In this document: positions 31,663-32,000 of the stretch, piece by piece
Numbering within the stretch: the first letter of the stretch is position 1
How the letters are laid out: each line of letters opens with the position of its first letter
Assembly (NCBI RefSeq): GCF_003231495.1
Contig: NZ_PQWO01000033.1
Coordinates: 1 to 32,000 of the forward strand
Length of the DNA: 32,000 bases
Origin: Acaryochloris thomasi RCC1774
GTDB lineage: Bacteria > Cyanobacteriota > Cyanobacteriia > Thermosynechococcales > Thermosynechococcaceae
Direction of reading: 5' to 3'
Translations under genes and position numbers: made by a program
The notes under the pieces: model-generated
Told to the model about the DNA's origin: nothing
Databases searched by the model: none
The model's input: only the letters and a program-made list of their open reading frames with translations

Positions 31663-32000
31663 CTAATCTTCCGGCAAGAACTCACTGTTGAGCGTCTGCT
31701 CCGCTGTGTACGGGCATTCAGGTGGAAAAGTCTCTAGGGGAAGTCCAGTCTCGTCGGCTGCATCTTCAGCCGCGTCTTGGTAACAGAGGTCGAACTTCTC
31801 TATCAGGTGGTTTTTCAGCGATGGATAGTCCCGTACTAGTCTTCTGATCTGCTTTCTAGACTCACGGATAGATCCGCGCCAACTACCGGAACGTTTATCT
31901 GACTGATACTGCCATTTCAGTAGGTGCATGAGTAGCCGCGTGAGTTGACTTCGCAGTGCTTTCCTCTCGCTGTTGCCCAAGTCTTCGACCTCTTCAATCA
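31663..32000 (-). CDS. DUF29-family protein; the N-terminus lies beyond the window end
   Basis: EEVEDLGNSERKALRSQLTRLLMHLLKWQYQSDKRSGSWRGSIRESRKQIRRLVRDYPSLKNHL...ETFPPECPYTAEQTLNSEFLP matches the DUF29 pattern I recall (E.lg..e...l.s.l..Ll.HLLKWqyQp..rs.SW..tI.eqR..i). The frame stays open to position 32000. Confidence 0.8.
   Translation of the reverse strand, partial: IEEVEDLGNSERKALRSQLTRLLMHLLKWQYQSDKRSGSWRGSIRESRKQIRRLVRDYPSLKNHLIEKFDLCYQDAAEDAADETGLPLETFPPECPYTAEQTLNSEFLPED

Noticed and set aside
1-32000. Search for a CRISPR array, rRNA or tRNA genes, transposase or integrase genes, and terminal inverted repeats of an IS or transposon.
   Set aside because: I saw no regularly spaced direct repeats, no structured-RNA gene signatures, no DDE, tyrosine or serine recombinase motifs in any listed ORF, and no long terminal repeats on reading the sequence.

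Overview
The window looks like cyanobacterial DNA: I count at least 12 perfect HIP1 octamers (GCGATCGC). Gene content reads like a plasmid or ICE-type accessory region. It falls into three blocks.

(i) 1-13.0 kb, almost entirely minus strand. It holds a partial RNB exoribonuclease with no room for N-terminal cold-shock (CSD) domains, which the ORF track misses because it runs off the edge. Next comes a cluster of a DUF928-like protein, a CHAT-TPR protein, TpsB and a TpsA-like protein, with a CYP120-like cytochrome P450 translationally coupled to its 5' end. Last is an ATGA-coupled pair: an NB-ARC STAND NTPase that consists of the NOD module only, plus a 4-Cys zinc-ribbon Ser/Thr kinase-TM-TPR protein.

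(ii) 13.0-19.4 kb, a maintenance-like block. It holds two paralogous ParB/Srx-HTH proteins, the second carrying a decayed N6/N4-methyltransferase-like tail. Between them is a 13-bp motif arranged as two direct copies plus one inverted copy, forming a 26-bp perfect palindrome. An XRE regulator, a repeat-dense 640-bp intergenic region, a putative Rep with primase-polymerase-like motifs, and a tandem-RHH protein follow.

(iii) 19.5-30.5 kb, thirteen tightly packed plus-strand genes. These include a Zn-ribbon-TM-SBP-OmpA protein, a Coq4-like protein, two paralogous pilin-like proteins, a sigma-70 family factor, a VirB3-like protein, a VirB4-like ATPase and a VirB6/TrbL-like protein. I read this as a very divergent T4SS-like apparatus, possibly MPF_C-type, in which only the ATPase is confidently recognisable.

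The window ends with a secreted TPR protein and a partial DUF29 gene. I saw no rRNA, tRNA, CRISPR array, transposase, integrase or relaxase. All functional calls rest on motifs read by eye from the translations; no searches were run.
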